From positions 744,001 to 808,000 of the forward strand of contig CP110440.1 of assembly GCA_026914245.1 (NCBI GenBank): a stretch of 64,000 bases of DNA. Reading direction: 5' to 3'. This DNA is from Puccinia triticina (lineage: Eukaryota). Both the position numbers and the translations under genes were made by a program. The notes under the pieces were generated by a model that saw only the letters and a program-made list of their open reading frames with translations, was not told the origin of the DNA and did not search any database. Within the stretch, counting starts at the first letter, position 1. Every line of letters starts with the position of its first letter. Of this stretch, positions 12,535 through 26,364 are shown one piece after another.

Positions 12535-13714
12535 TGTGTGACTAATCCTCTTTGCCTGTGGGTGTCCTCTGTCTGAATAGTATATTTTTTTGAAGGAAAA
12601 AAAAACTAACTGATGGTGATGGTGGTTGTCGACAATGGAATCCGGATGATTTTGGGAGGAATGTCATGGCATTCATGTGATACATAACTTTTTGGGACAA
12701 TCGTCCTCCATCTGCAGTATCACCAGTGTTATTGAATCTTGGCGTTCGACGGTCGAACGCTCGCTGTGTGATAATCGGGCGATTATCCATGTGTTATGCC
12801 GAAAGCAATATGGGGAGGATAGCGTAGGCCCTAACTCCTATCCTTCGCGCTTCGAGCAGCAGAAACTGGAAATGTGGAATACATAAATAGATCAATCAAA
12901 GTGTGACATTTCTCGAAAGAGTGGAGAGTCATCTACTGCCAATGCTTACGGCATGTCCAAGAGCAGATAGAATCTGGATGACCATGTATTCCCTTCCGTC
13001 TGTGTAGCCCCTGTTCTTGTCGCACTAGAGTCGAAACCTTGGCATTCGAAAAGTATTCATGCTTGCGTTCCCCCGGAAGAGCGGTCCGATTTGGCATGGA
13101 AACTCGGCTAGGTAGAACTAAGCCTGCAGATACTGTTGGTCCTGGTCATGAAGGCCCATGGGGCGCTGACAGTGATGCGTGGTTCAAGGTCGATAAATGA
13201 ACAAGCGGACAACAATCAGCTACAATCAGGCTCTCTGGCAAGCAACTGCTCAGAAGAGACTCTCCAGGAGACAACTCTGTGGCATCTCGATTCACCTCCC
13301 ATCATGCCTACGTCGGCGTTACATGTTTTCTTGTTCCCCGTTCTCGGTCAACCTAAAGCACGTTATCTCGACGGTTTTTCTCGCTCGGATCCAGTGAATC
13401 AGGATAGCAACTCACAGTTTGTGGCGTGGGCCCAAGGAGCACTAGCATGCGCTGGATGCGTTAACTGAGCTCAGCAATCTTTGCCTACATACCATTGGTG
13501 TAAAGAGTCTAAACAGGAGTCGGCCTTAATAACGGAACAGCGTTTTATCTGTGAACTTTTCCATCACTAGCTTCCAGCTTCGAGGGTCTAGTGGTTGTGA
13601 GTTACGAACACTGAAAGAACAAAAATTGAGGTGACAGTCAGGGCATCGCTGGGCGTTATGTTGCCCATCGGGCCCGAAGGGTTGATCCAACGGAGGTCTG
13701 ACTCGAAGGATGCC

Positions 13715-14252
13715 CTAACTTAACACAAGTCCCCCCTGGTGGGAGCGCTGTGGCTGGCGGCGAAGCCGCCCCTCCCGCAGGGAGGGACTTGTGCATTATC
13801 CCAAATTTTACGCGGGAGCAGAAAGTTCATTTGGCTGAGAGGTTTTTAAAATTTTTATAGCTCCTCCCCCAGCCTCTCCACCAATATGCCCTATCTGTAC
13901 CCTATGCTACTTTTCTTTCTCTACATTTTGGTCTACTCAGATTTTTTCTATCTCAATCTGTTGACCTTTTCAAAAGATCAAAAATGCACAAGTCTTCCAA
14001 ATGAGGCTCCACTTGTTTGGGACTCCAGGAGTTGTTTTTCTGGCTACAAGATAGATAAGTGGCTCAAATTGATTGCAAGAACAGAACCTACAGCTCTGTG
14101 TATTCAGTTTTTCTATATTGGTTGGGATTTTTAGTGTAGCAGATCCTTTCTGCTCCTGCTTAAATCAAGACATAACTCATAAGCCTCTCCTGCGGAGAGC
14201 CCTCCGGGCGGGGTCCCCCGGACCCTCCGTTCAAGAGGCTTAGTTAAGCTAG
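13715..14252. mobile_element. Non-autonomous DNA transposon with 9-bp TSD and subterminal GC-rich stem-loops (AcademH- or Mutator-like)
   Basis: TSD aaggatgcc at 13706-13714 and 14253-14261. Termini ctaacttaac...gttaagctag. Inner inverted motif gcgggagcagaaag / ctttctgctcctgc. Hairpins cacaagtccc...gggacttgtg and aagcctct...agaggctt. Confidence 0.7.
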
Positions 14253-15715
14253 AAGGATGCCGGGCTAGACAATCATATCGCTGCGGTGTCTGGCAGGGCA
14301 CATCGGCAAACATGTCCGCACCTCTGCCATTTGGTAAAGAACAGCACTAACTATCAAGCTTTCTCAAATGCCGCTCCACTGCCCCAGGCATAGAAATTCA
14401 AACTACCCTGGTAGAAACAGCAGTAAGCTCCAGCAATATGCTCGCCAGACTCAGTGTAGTATTTAGATAACTGGCGTCTAGGCAGCTGCGCCAACTGTTT
14501 GATAGTGGAGCCTGGACTTGTGTTGGGGTGTGTTTTGTAGCGAGAACCTTCATGCACAGCAATAGTGGCCACTGGCACCAGTGATAAAGGGTGGTTCGGG
14601 TCTAACTGCTTGATGTTTCGAATCATGTTCCCTCTCCAGAAGAACGTCTCCTGATTCCACTTATCAAACTGTCATCAACACAAGCGATTCGCACTTATTG
14701 ATGTTACTAACATGGATCTTGGTTGCCTTTCACCTGTTCGAACACTATCGGGTTTTACTCGCAAGAACTCTGCATGAAAGAAAATTTATCTTCCGAGGTA
14801 TGTTTATTTTGGTGTCTACTCATTGACCAAGTCAATTGCTTATTTTTCACTTTCAAGAACCAACATCAGCTTCAGAGAAACGTGTGTGCTTTCCATCTCA
14901 TTTGAAAACGTTTTTTTCCACGGATAAAACGGGCACTGAACTTCGATGTATTCAAACATAAACAAATCTTGATAATAAAATAAATCACATAATATAGCTC
15001 TGAAATCTGTTGCTCAATGGACTCGTTAGTGATGCTCAAATCTCTTACTATTGCGAGAATATGTACAAGCACTGAATTTGAGACATGAACTTTCCTTCAA
15101 AGAATCAGATATCCATGAAAACAGAAGCAAAGAGGAAGGTTCATCAATTCTTCAACAGAGGCGCTGTAAGTTCCCCATTCCAATCTAATAATTTCATTTT
15201 GGAATGCGAAGCTCATATTCAACTTGGAAATTGTTGATGGGCAAAGCTAATGTATGCGGTGGAGGTTACTTGAAGCCTGGTTAGCCAGATAGCTTGCAAA
15301 CCCATGGGTAACATGAATAAGTTGAATTGATGGAACAATTTTTCAATTTTTCCCCCAACCCCAGCTCTAAAACTAGAAGGCCTAAAAAGCATTTTTCCAA
15401 AAAATAAAAACAAACCAATCTCAACTGGAGTTGACCCACTTGAAATTCCTGGTAAGTATTCACTAAAAACTTTGATCATAAGGGTACAAAGTGGTGGTTT
15501 GATTTATGTTTTGTATGCAGATCTAGATCCTGATGTAAAAAAAGTCTCCTGGGCAGAGCCTCTTGCCACCATGGAGCCCAGTACAAGGGAGCAAACAACA
15601 AGAAAATCATGGAATATGTGGTGCTTTTCTAATTCTTGAATGCAATTATATTTTGCATATAGATAATAATTGTCAAAAGGATGATCAGCAAAAAACATAA
15701 CAACACAAATATTAA

Positions 15716-15982
15716 GGCCCTGTTTGGAGCCAATATAATCTGGGCAATATATGATTTTTTTTGCCTGAAAATTGATATCCTATGTGACATCTGCACTGCC
15801 AGCATATTTGGCTGGGTTGAAGTCATCCCAGTTTAACTGGGATGCACTCAACCAATTTAAACTTGGTTGATCTCAACCAATTAAAAATCATTAATTACGT
15901 CAACAAGCACTTTTTCCGCGCAGCATTTCCCCATGCAGGGTTGCGGAAAAAGTGCCTGTTGGGGTAATCAATGATTTTTAAT
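15716..15982. mobile_element. PIF/Harbinger (Tourist-like) MITE, left arm and central hairpin only
   Basis: taa|ggccctgtttggagccaatataa terminus, shared with the complete MITE at 32527. Hairpin at 15880-15982. Confidence 0.65.
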
Positions 15983-16971
15983 AGAAGGAACAACCTGAGA
16001 GGACAACTATTATGGCAGAGCCAGTCAATACCTCTCAGGGTCCTGTGAATATCATGAAATATAAGAGCTCTGAATACGATTAGTTAGATGTGCCGCCTCC
16101 ACTGGCCCGGTGATGCAAATGACCAACCCAAAGCCAGCGCCAAAGCCCTATTTATATTCTCTACTGTCACAAGAGCTGCGGGCCAACGACATTTCCTCAC
16201 ACAGCATTTGGTCCCCGACATTCCATCCCACCTTGCACGGTTCTTTGTTCCTTTGGAAACGCATTCAATTCCGCCCAATGCATCAGATTGATAAACGCCA
16301 CAATTCTACAGATCAAAACACCATCATCGCTGTATCTGCCATAATTGGCTCCGACACATGTTGTGCTTTTCTATAAAAGACTACTCAACAGTCCAAATGC
16401 ACAATTGCTAAAGCAGCACAATAAAATCGTGTCAACTCCTCGTTGGAAATGGTCCCGGTTTTATCAACTCGCTTTTCAAAATCGCACCCAACAATGTTAA
16501 AGGCAGATCAGCAACCGCAATAACTACTTATTTTGGTTGCTTGTGAGTATCTATCCCGCTTATCAATTTGAGTTCCTCCCAATCCCGTCAGTAATCCTGT
16601 TATTGTAACCAAAAACCACCCCCATATCCCGTATATTGCAATACCAACAATACCATAACTGGTGAATATTATGACACATTGGGAAGTCGCGTCCGTTGTT
16701 TCGGTCGCTGTGCACTGTTCTCAAGTGACACCCTGAAGCCGTGGCTACGAATTGGTTGCTCATCTCGGCGCTAACGCAACATCCGATTTCCAGAACTGTA
16801 CATTGCTCCGACGTTATAATGTTGAAAATACCGACAACAGTCAATGGGTTTGACAATATTTAATCAGCTGCTCTCCACATTCGACGCATCACCATCTAGC
16901 CCATTTCCTCCTCCTCTGGACCCCAACTCAAGATATTTTGTCATATCAACATTCCACATCAGTTCTCCCCG

Positions 16972-18206
16972 ATGGCACCCGTAGTATCCACTCTCCGGCG
17001 TCAAAGCCACCCTTTTTTCAGTCGTGCTCTGTTTGACATAACTAAAACAGTGAGTACCATTTATATTGTGCCTTTGCGCAATTCTAATAATTGTCTGCTA
17101 GCTCCCACCAGTAATTACCCCGGGTTCGAGCTACGGCCAACTCATGTTTGAATCTACTCTCGCTTTCCTCGATACCAAAACTGGTGAAGATGTCAATATG
17201 AAGGTCAAGCTTCAAGGTTACGGCTCGACTGCGACTTCGCTCCTCGAGGACAAAATTTATTTTTTGTTGGGCCGCGTTATAGCTTTAAACGCACAAACAC
17301 CACCTGTGTTCTATTTTGAACAAGAACTTACATTCCCTATTGCTGATTCCGAGGGCTATTCGATTTCCCTCGCTAACAAGGCAGGATGTTACGGCTTCGG
17401 TGTAGTTATCTCAAAGGCTGAGGAGAAGGATGACAGTTCAGCAACCTCTACCTTTAATAACTTACTGGTAAAGATCCGACACACCGACTATGACGTCCAG
17501 GTAAGTTTTTGCTTCTAACTTCGACTGCTGGGCGGCTATCCAAGTCACACTAAACATTTATTTTCCATCGCTAAACTTTGCAGACGCGCAACTTGGTCAG
17601 CTTTATTGTCCAGTATAAAGTTGCTGGTAACCGTAACCTGGCAAAAACATTTGGTCTGTTCCAGGTTGGCCGTGAAGTTCTCATTTCCGGCTACATTGCT
17701 GGATACAACATTGAGCAGCATATGCTCCAAGTCAATGTAGGTCCGTTCATCATTGCACATGGTGTTTAATTTCAACACTAACCTTTTGCGGCAGGCATTG
17801 TCTGTGTCTTTGTCTTCTGGCTACTCCTCTTCATCCGCCGCGGTGAACGCTGCGGAGCCAAGTCCTGTTGCAGGCAATCGTCGCCGACCCATTCAGTAAG
17901 TTATACTCCCTGAGTAGAATCGCTGGACCCGCACTCATTGACCATTTGATTCAAAACTCGTTCAACAGAATTGATTTCGGCAGCGATGAAGAAAATGGAG
18001 ACGATGCCCCCCAAGTCCCTGTAGGAACAAGCAAATTTGTTCAACAGACTCCTCAGGAAGACAATCCCGCGGCCCTCCAAACAGACCTCGCTTCTACCCG
18101 AGAGACACCTCAGGCTCCACAAAAGAAGCGCAAATACACCAAGCAAAACACTCAGCCCACTCCGGAAAGAGTACCCGCGCTCGTGACAGATTCCTCTATC
18201 GTGTAG
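16972..18206 (+). CDS. Uncharacterised 5-exon protein (about 320 aa), putative tandem OB-fold ssDNA-binding protein beside the Helitron
   Basis: ATG at 16972. GT-AG introns 17050-17101, 17501-17583, 17737-17794 and about 17896-17968 give a continuous frame. Beta-strand-rich segments (KIYFLLGRVIAL, FQVGREVLISGYIAGY), then a low-complexity tail with KKRKY. The fold is inferred. Confidence 0.7.
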
Positions 18207-18326
18207 CAAATTAGTCTTTAACTAGACATATTCCAGTTATCCAGTATTGTAAACGTGTTGTACAAATCCAGTTCTTACTTTTGTAAATGGGATTTTGCTG
18301 TTGACAATTGACACATCCTCGGACGC

Positions 18327-19140
18327 TTACATCTTGTGTAAAATGATACATAGCTGTGACTGTGCAATGTTACAACCAAAGTAAACTGGGCTGAACCAAA
18401 AATAGCCCGACCACTCATCGTCCTTGTGCACTGATGAGGCGACAAATGTAAATATGGCCCTAAATGTTGGCGGGCAAAAAGTTTGAGCACTGTATATAGT
18501 CGTCAGCATATAGGCTAAGAGACACAAATGGGTGTCGCCACTGACTAGGACAGGAATTTTGTCAGGTCCTTGAGCTTCAGTTATCAGCCTTCCCTGGACG
18601 TGGACAAAAGAGTTTCCCGTAATTGATCCGATGTGAAACTGCCAAACATCGTCCAATACCACTAGGAACAGAACTGCGCCCTAGAATCGTCACATATTTA
18701 GTTCAAAATGTCGAGATCAATTTTGCAATGCAATAAACACAACATGAACGCACGGTTGTACTCTCAACTATGGCTCTGAATGGTGCATCTCCATTACAGA
18801 GATACTTGACTTGCCCCTCGATGACCGGGCCCATGTTCGACATTGGCAAAAAATCCGGTGGTGGTGTATCCAATACATTCGTGACCTCTGCTATTACGAC
18901 AATGCGTTTCCCAATGGTACGTGTAAGCAGGTTCCCGGTAAAAGAGATCCATTGGCCATTTCGCGGTGCCGGTGACATAGGGTCAACTTTGCGGAAGAGT
19001 AAGTAGTATTTGGGTGATGTATAAGCGGCCTCATGACTGGTGTTTGGGGTCCTTGTTTGTTGTGGTACTGTAAAAGAATATGAATTGCTGTCGCGAATTT
19101 CGCGAATGCTGGATATAACTTCACAACCTTTAATCTTCAT
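18327..19140 (-). CDS. Uncharacterised protein of about 245 aa (two or more exons), beta-rich, divergent from the Helitron Rep-helicase
   Basis: ATG at 19140 (MKIKGCEVI...). Intron about 18753-18681 (gtgcgt...ctag) joins in frame to GAVLFLVVLDDVWQF. Repeated segments GQWISFTGNL and NSFVHVQGRL. Confidence 0.55.
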
Positions 19141-19599
19141 TCTAGGGGATTCAATTGAAAAGATACACTGCCGCCAGAAGATTACTTTGCTCAGTAGGCA
19201 CAGGGTATTATATACGATCTGCCATTGGGCATGAAAGCACAATAAGCCGGGGGCTTTTCCCCAACCCGCCTGACGGTTTTCAAACACCCTGCGGCAAAAA
19301 TATAACCCTGTTCTAAGTCTGAGCCAACAAAAATGAGCCATCCCCGATGTTACTGATGGTCAATACTACATTTGAGGTAACTCGGGCTTTTACGATGAGT
19401 GGACCAGGGCCTAAACCGCTACCAAATTGCCTGTTTCGGCAGAACACTAATAAAGCCTTCCACTTGTCGTTGACAATTCAATTACCGCCAGTTAACAGGA
19501 GATCATACTCCTGGCAATCCCTGCGCTCCCACTATAATATACCACTACTACCTGGATTTACATATTTCTAAGTTTTCAAATACAACATTCAATCAAACC

Positions 19600-20190
19600 C
19601 GGGCATCGAGAAAATAATCATCTTGATGACCGAGTCTGCTGCGGTCACCGAGTAGAGAAACACTCCCTCAATGACCGGAACGAACTGTTCAAGGAGAGGA
19701 TTGATGAACGGTTCGCTCCGGTCATCGAGAGGAGCACTTAATCCCCTCAATGAATGGAACGGACCCGGCCATCGAGAGGAGGAACACTCTCGATGACCGG
19801 GTCTGTTTCAGTCGTTGAGAGGAGCAGTGTTTACTCCTCTCGATGACCGTGACCGGGTCTGTTCCAGTCGTCGAGAGGAGCAGTGTTTACTCCTCTCAAT
19901 GACCGTGACCGGGTCTGTTCCAGTCGTTGAGAGGAGTAAACACTCCCCTTGACGACTGGAACAAACCCGGTCATCGAGAGTGTTCCTCCTCTCGATGTCC
20001 GGGTCCGTTCCGTTCATCGAGGGGATCAATTGCTCTCGATGACCGGGACTGTTCCGGTCATCAAGCGGAATGCTTAGTCTCTCGATGACCGGGACTGTTC
20101 CGGTCATCGAGAGGTGAGTTTACTCCTCTTGATAAGCGGGACCGTTCCGGTCATCGAGAGGAGTACGTAATCCCCTCGATGACCGGTGAT
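19600..20190. repeat. Degenerate tandem array of palindromic units (ctctcgatgaccgg...ccggtcatcgagag), TE-derived
   Basis: More than 10 imperfect units of about 40-47 bp with tcga/tcaa/ttga variants. Confidence 0.8.
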
Positions 20191-20698
20191 TTGCACTCCA
20201 CGTGCGTGCTGGCCGGTCATTGGGGGAGTGTGCATGTACTCCGCTCCGGGACCAGCCTGTGCCGGCCATCCGCACGGCGAAGTCATGGGGTATGTACTTC
20301 TGCCCCTCAAACTCTGTTTTCGAGGGGCTGGGTACCCGATCCATGGCTTTTTAGCAGGTTAAGAATCCCCGGGGGGTGCGCCCCGGGGAGGCGCTCCGCT
20401 TATTTTTTGTATTTTTTTATCATCCTTTTTTTATGTCATGCTGGGGGGTCCGAATACCCCAAGAAAATGGAGGAGGGGAAAGAAAAATCCCCTCTGCCGG
20501 CTGGCAGAAAAAAAAATGAGAATTTCAAGCTTTTCATTTGCAGTGCGCGAAGCATTTTGAGCTTCCGCGCACTGTGGCCGGGACGTTGAGTGGACGCCCC
20601 CTGCAGTGCGCGACGAGTTTTTCGCAGTGCGCGAAGTACATCCGTTTCAATACACATAGTCGTTTTACATTCCAGTTTTTTATCGTACATACATCACA

Positions 20699-23600
20699 AT
20701 GATACCACAATTCGATCCTGCTCCCGTAACAAAATTACCTTCACACCATACAGAACAATTCATCACTGCTCACTTTGCCCATGAAATACCCCACCGGCTC
20801 GGCCCGTGCAATGACCCGTGCATCAAATGTGGAGCCCTGCACTGGGAACTGGAACGTAATGTTGCTGATCTTCGAAGCCCCCGGGCCAAGTTTCCGAGTT
20901 GCTGCCAAATGGGATCGGCTTTGATCCCGACTAACTATACTACTCACTATCCAGACTTCCTGAAACAGCTGCTCGTCAAGGATGACACAGGTAAGTCAGC
21001 TCAAGTGTTTGTGTGCCAAGATTCAAAATCTGACCCGCGTTGCTTACATTACAGTGTCTCGCGAATTCCAACGGCATATCCGCGCATACAACAATGCCCT
21101 CTCTTTTGTATCACTGGGCGCGGAAATCGATTGTTCGACCCAAGGTGTATTTGGCGTCTTCAGCTTTCGAGTCAAAGGGACCCTATATCATAACTTAAGG
21201 TCATTATTCCCTTCGAGAGCTTCAGATGCCGGGTTTTCTCAGATCTATGTCGTAGGTAGTGGAGGAGACGATGAGGCGCATCATCGGGTGGCTAAATCAG
21301 GTGTCCAACTTAATGCACGTTTGATGTTGAGGCTCCAGGACTTGATGAATAGTCTTAATCCGTACGCCCAATTCTACCGCCAAATTGCTACTGTGACCCA
21401 AACTTCGCCCGCCGCTCAGCTTGTTCTCCGGAACGTAACATATCACAATTTCAACCCAAAAACTTACAACAAACCAACGGTCCAAGAAGTAGCTATGGTT
21501 ATCGACCGTGTGAGCCTGAGTCTCTTTAGTGACAGCAGGACACAAGAAAGAAAGGGGGAATAATTGGATTTCTTTGGATAAAGAAAATACAATTATGAGA
21601 GAGAGAGAAAAAGAGAGAGAGAAACTGAGCAGGATTAAGTTGAGCAGATATTCAAGGTTATTCTAGTGGGAATGCACGTCCACTGGCAATGCTACCTCTT
21701 CAGAAGAGTGCTGCCAAGCTGAGCTAGAGAGTGCTACAGCCTCCTCTCACCAAGGAAACGTGGAGGGTCTATGGATTAGATAAATTTAATCCAGCCACAA
21801 TTTTTTAGCTTCCTTCTGGATAGTCAAGGTTCTTAAAGGGAAACCTAAGGGACAGCCCTTTAATCAAGATAAGGCAAAGGCCAGCAGTTATGAAGGGACA
21901 GCCCTGTGATCAAGAGAAGGCAAAGGCCAGCAGAAAGAATAGATCAAGCAAGACACAGAGTTGTACCTCTGAGATAAACAAGGTTCAGTGAAAAAGGTTA
22001 CTTACTGTCAATATCCTAGGCGCCTGTGACGGTAGGTATACTGGGAGTGTTGTAAACTCTTTGGTGGTGATCCTGGGGTTATCTGGGGTGTGGTTCTGGT
22101 GTGCTGAAGTCTGTAGATCCACCTCAGGCAAGGGGGATCCTGACTACAAAAATTTTCACAGTTTGCTTATGTAATTTACATATGTACATGTGGTTTGGCG
22201 CGCCTGGTAGCGCTGACACGTCACAACTGCGCAAGCGCGCCACAACTCAATAACTCAGGGAAGGAGTATAGTTACAATGAATTGATAAGTTGTAACTAGG
22301 GTTAAAATTGCATGAGGAAACAGAATATGAAGTCAAAACAAGGTTACCTCTTAAGATGAAAAAGATATAAAGTAATTTATATGTAACAAAGGTAGAACAG
22401 GCAGCTTTTAGGTCAGCTGTGATGACTCTAAGGCTGACAGACAGTCCCAAAGAAGACCAGATTGCCCCCCGGGATGTTGTCCTACACAATAAAAATGGGC
22501 AAATAGGGCGCATTACCAATGAGTACTCGGGGTATTTGCTGCTGCGATACCCAATCCTTTTCCCCAGGGGTGAAGGGGGGTGGGTTTACCAAACTCCGAG
22601 CACTTCAGTCAATAGGAGTGAGTGCCACAAGCCATGACTGTTAGGGTGTTGTGTTGAAATCTGATTTGTTGCCCGTAGAAATGAGAATCTCCCAGACCAA
22701 ATGGTACGCATCAATGTTGTTTGCTAAGAACAACACGTTTAATCACCTGCACATGAGTCGGTCACTCTTCCAAGAGCTGGTCGTAGATCTGTATATTTGT
22801 GTTGAGCGGAGTCGACTTGATTTTATTCGCAAAAATCAACGAAAATTGAAGGCTGACCTATACAAAGGGCTGGAAGAAGCTATCCGCAACGAGCTCGACA
22901 TAGGGGGAAGGAAAGTTATACTGCCATCAACTTTCATCGGCTCTCCCCGTGATCACATGGTTCAACTGTATCAAGACTCAATGGCAATTGTCGATCACTA
23001 CGACAAACCTTCCCTCTTTGTAACAGTAACTGCGAATCCCCAATGGCCAGAGATTCAGTCAATGTTGCAAACTGGCCAAACTGCCACTGATCGTCCGGAC
23101 GTTGTTGCGCGTGTGTTCCGCCTGAAGATGAAGTCGATTTTGCACGACCTGACCAGAAACCACCGCCTGGGACGTGTTCGAGCATTTGTTTATTGCGTCG
23201 AATTTCAAAAGCGGGGCTTGCCCCATTGTCACATCATGCTAATGTTACACCCAGCTGACGTACCTCGGACAGCGGAAGCGGTCGATGCTTTGGTTTGCGC
23301 CGAGATTCCAGACCACGAAACCGAACCAACGTTATATAATTTAGTGAAGACGCAGATGATCCACGGGCCGTGCTCTGTAGTAAAAGGTTGTATTGTCGAT
23401 GGCCGTTGTTCGAAGAAGTTCCCTAAACCGTGGCAACATGATACGGTGCTCAGCGATGACGCTTATCCGCTCTATCGGCGCCGGGACAGTGGCAGAACTG
23501 TTATCAAGTCAGGTCAACGGTACACGAGTCAACATGTTGTGCCATATAATAAGTACTTACTACTCCGGTACAACTGCCACATTAATGTGGAGGTTCCGTA

Positions 23601-26364
23601 CGGCATTACAGCGACGAAGTACCTTTTCAAATACATATGTAAAGGTGTTGACCGTTTGGCATTGCAGTTAAGAGACGGAGATGAAACTGTTAGGTTTGTT
23701 CACGGTTGATACATTGGTCCATGCGAGGGTTAGTATTCTCTTCTTTGTCCGTCGTCCCATCTCCGCTATCCGGTTTCTTTCATATGCTTCGGAATCGCGT
23801 TTTTTCATTGCATGTACGTACAAATTGAAGGCAGTTGGCCGAGCGTCAGGACATGAATTGTTATGACTATTCCATCTGTCCTCTTGCAAGATACAGGCCA
23901 CATTATAGCCCATCGTCCAATGTGTTCATTAACTCCTGTGATATTGGAATGGGCCGAGTTATTGTCATGTTTTTTATCAGTGTGCCGGAAATGTTATGCT
24001 CGCAGCCTTCTCAATCAGTCCATTTGTGAAGTGGTTGAGGGTTTCCAGTATTGATTCCTCTTCATGTGATTTCTCGCAGCTGTCCACAGACTTTTGCAAT
24101 ACCCAATTTCTGACAGGTATCCCGCTATAATGCGACTTGCTTTGCACTTGCCTGGACATCAAACAATATTTTACCGAGATGCGGAGGGAGCACGAGAACA
24201 GATGAAAACAGGAACTGCGGATTTGACGACATTGACCCAGTTTTTTCAATTGAATAAAGACAACGCGCATGGCTATGGTAAACCGGCACGTGAACTCCTT
24301 TACAGTGAATTTCCTGACCATTTCTACTGGACCTCTGCCAAAGAATGGCTGCCCAGACGCCGTCCTTCGGACACCATCGGCCGGTTGTATTTCGCGACTC
24401 CGGTGGATGGAGAACGGTATTATCTTAGGCTGCTTTTGCTGAATGTCAGAGGCCCAACCAGTTTCGAAGACTTGAGGACATTCAAAGGCATTACCCACAA
24501 AAATTTCAGAGAAGCGTGCGAAGCGAGAGGCCTCCTGATGACTGATACACACTACGAGTTGTGTTTACAAGAAGCGTGTGGTTGGATGTTAGGGCATGGT
24601 TTACGAAGCATGTTCTGCATGTTGTTAACTTCCAGCCCACCGAGCAATCCGAGCAGATTGTTGGCCATGTTCCTGGACGAACTCGCAAACGATTGTGCCT
24701 ACCGTCTCCGAACTGATTTTCCAAGTCTTCCGGTGTCCATAGAAGTCTCGCACAGCCTGTGTTGCTTCCTTATCAATCAACAATTGGCCGTCGAAGGTCG
24801 GACCTGGGAAGACGTCGGCCTCGATCCTGTGGATCAGTTGTATTGGCAGCAATATGGGCAGGGCCCTGGACAGGTTAATCAGAGCATCAGAGAAAGACCA
24901 ATCATCGAAGTTAGTACCCTGAATCCCGGACAAAGAGTAATATTTGATCAAGTTTTCGGAAATTATAACACCAACGATTCAGCCCCGGTGTTCATCGACG
25001 GTCCTGCGGGATGTGGCAAAACTTATTTGATGAACGCGTTAATTCAACATTTTAGTAAGAGCGGAGCTTCGGTGATGGCTGTTGCTTCCTCGGGAGTTGC
25101 AGCCATGGTCCTCGATGGTGGCGGTACAGCACATTCAAAGCTCTGAATACCGCTACAGGTCAATTCCGAGTCTCACGCAAATTACGACATCCGAACAATT
25201 TTAGGGCGGACGTTAGCAGAACTCAAACTGTTAATCTGGGACGAAATCACAATGACTCACAAGAATGCAATCGAAATGGTCAACCGGTTGTTACAATACC
25301 TCTGGGACTCTTCCCTCCCGTTTGGAGGTGTTCAGGTCGTGTTCGGTGGCGACTTCCGGCAAACGTTGCCCGTAGTTCGTGGAGGTGATATATTTGCGCA
25401 AGGTTCAGCCAGTTTAATTGGGTCGTATCTATGGCCTCTGGTGAAACGTTTCAGCTTGACGGGTAACATGCGCTTGGTCGGTACTCGGGTTCACGGAGGA
25501 GACGCCTCTCCAGATGTCGGCATCAATTTCTTCTCGATCTGGTTACTGAATATCGGATCGGGGGCCGCCATGGTAAATAATGCCGAAGTGGTTTCTTTAG
25601 GTCAAGTACCTGTGATCAGCGGCCGGGTGGAAGGCCCGGTGTTGAATCAGCTCATCGAGTTTGTTTACAGTGATTTGCAAGCGGCTCGACAGTGCACGCA
25701 CATCGATGATCTAGCTCAGTTTTATAGGTCACGCGCAATTCTGACACCGCTGAATGTCAACGGCAAACTGCTGAATTCAATTTGTCTGCGCCGTTTGCCA
25801 GGACGAGAGGTTGTGGTCCGGGCGGTAGACGAAGTGCTCAGCGATTGTGACGAGACATTGGGACCAGAATCACTGACTAACATCGACATTTCCGGCTTTT
25901 CAATGCCTTCTCTTCAACTGAAGGAGGGTATGCCAGTTGTTTGCATCCGGAACCTAACACTTGGGAGCGGGCTCTGCAATGGAACGCGGCTCCTGATCAA
26001 AGGTGTTCAGCCCCATGTCCTGAAGTGCGAAGTCATGACTGGCCCGAACGCAGGAGACGAGGTGTTACTCCCGAAGATGGTTCTGATCCACGAGCCGGAT
26101 CAGTTGTGTGCTACGAGGTTTGGAAGATGTCAGTTTCCGGTTGTTCCGGCTTTCGCGATGACGATCAACAAAGCTCAAGGCCAGACTCTAGGCCGTGTGG
26201 GAGTTTATCTTCCTCAACCGGTTTTTTCTCACGGGCAACTATATGTCGCCCTGTCGCGGGCAACAAGTTGTGAAGGCCTACTTGTCAGCATTGTAGGTGG
26301 GAAAAATGTATCGGAGACGATAAATGTAGTGAACCTAAGTGTCATTAGAGATGCTGTGGTGTGA
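20699..26364 (+). pseudogene. Helitron Rep-helicase (HUH endonuclease plus PIF1-family helicase), inactivated
   Basis: N-terminal CxxC...CC cluster and RAYNNALSF. Rep motifs VEFQKRGLPHCH and KYLFKYICKG. Walker A GPAGCGKT, Walker B LLIWDEITM, and AMTINKAQGQTL...FSHGQLYVALSR. In-frame TGA at 23707 and 25144. LTR inserted at 21509. Confidence 0.95.
21509..22439. mobile_element. Solo LTR (931 bp) inserted in the Helitron Rep-helicase coding sequence
   Basis: Termini tgtgagcct...aggctgaca; 5-bp TSD gaccg/gacag. Removing it restores ...EVAMVID-SPKEDQIAPRDVVLH. Confidence 0.9.
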
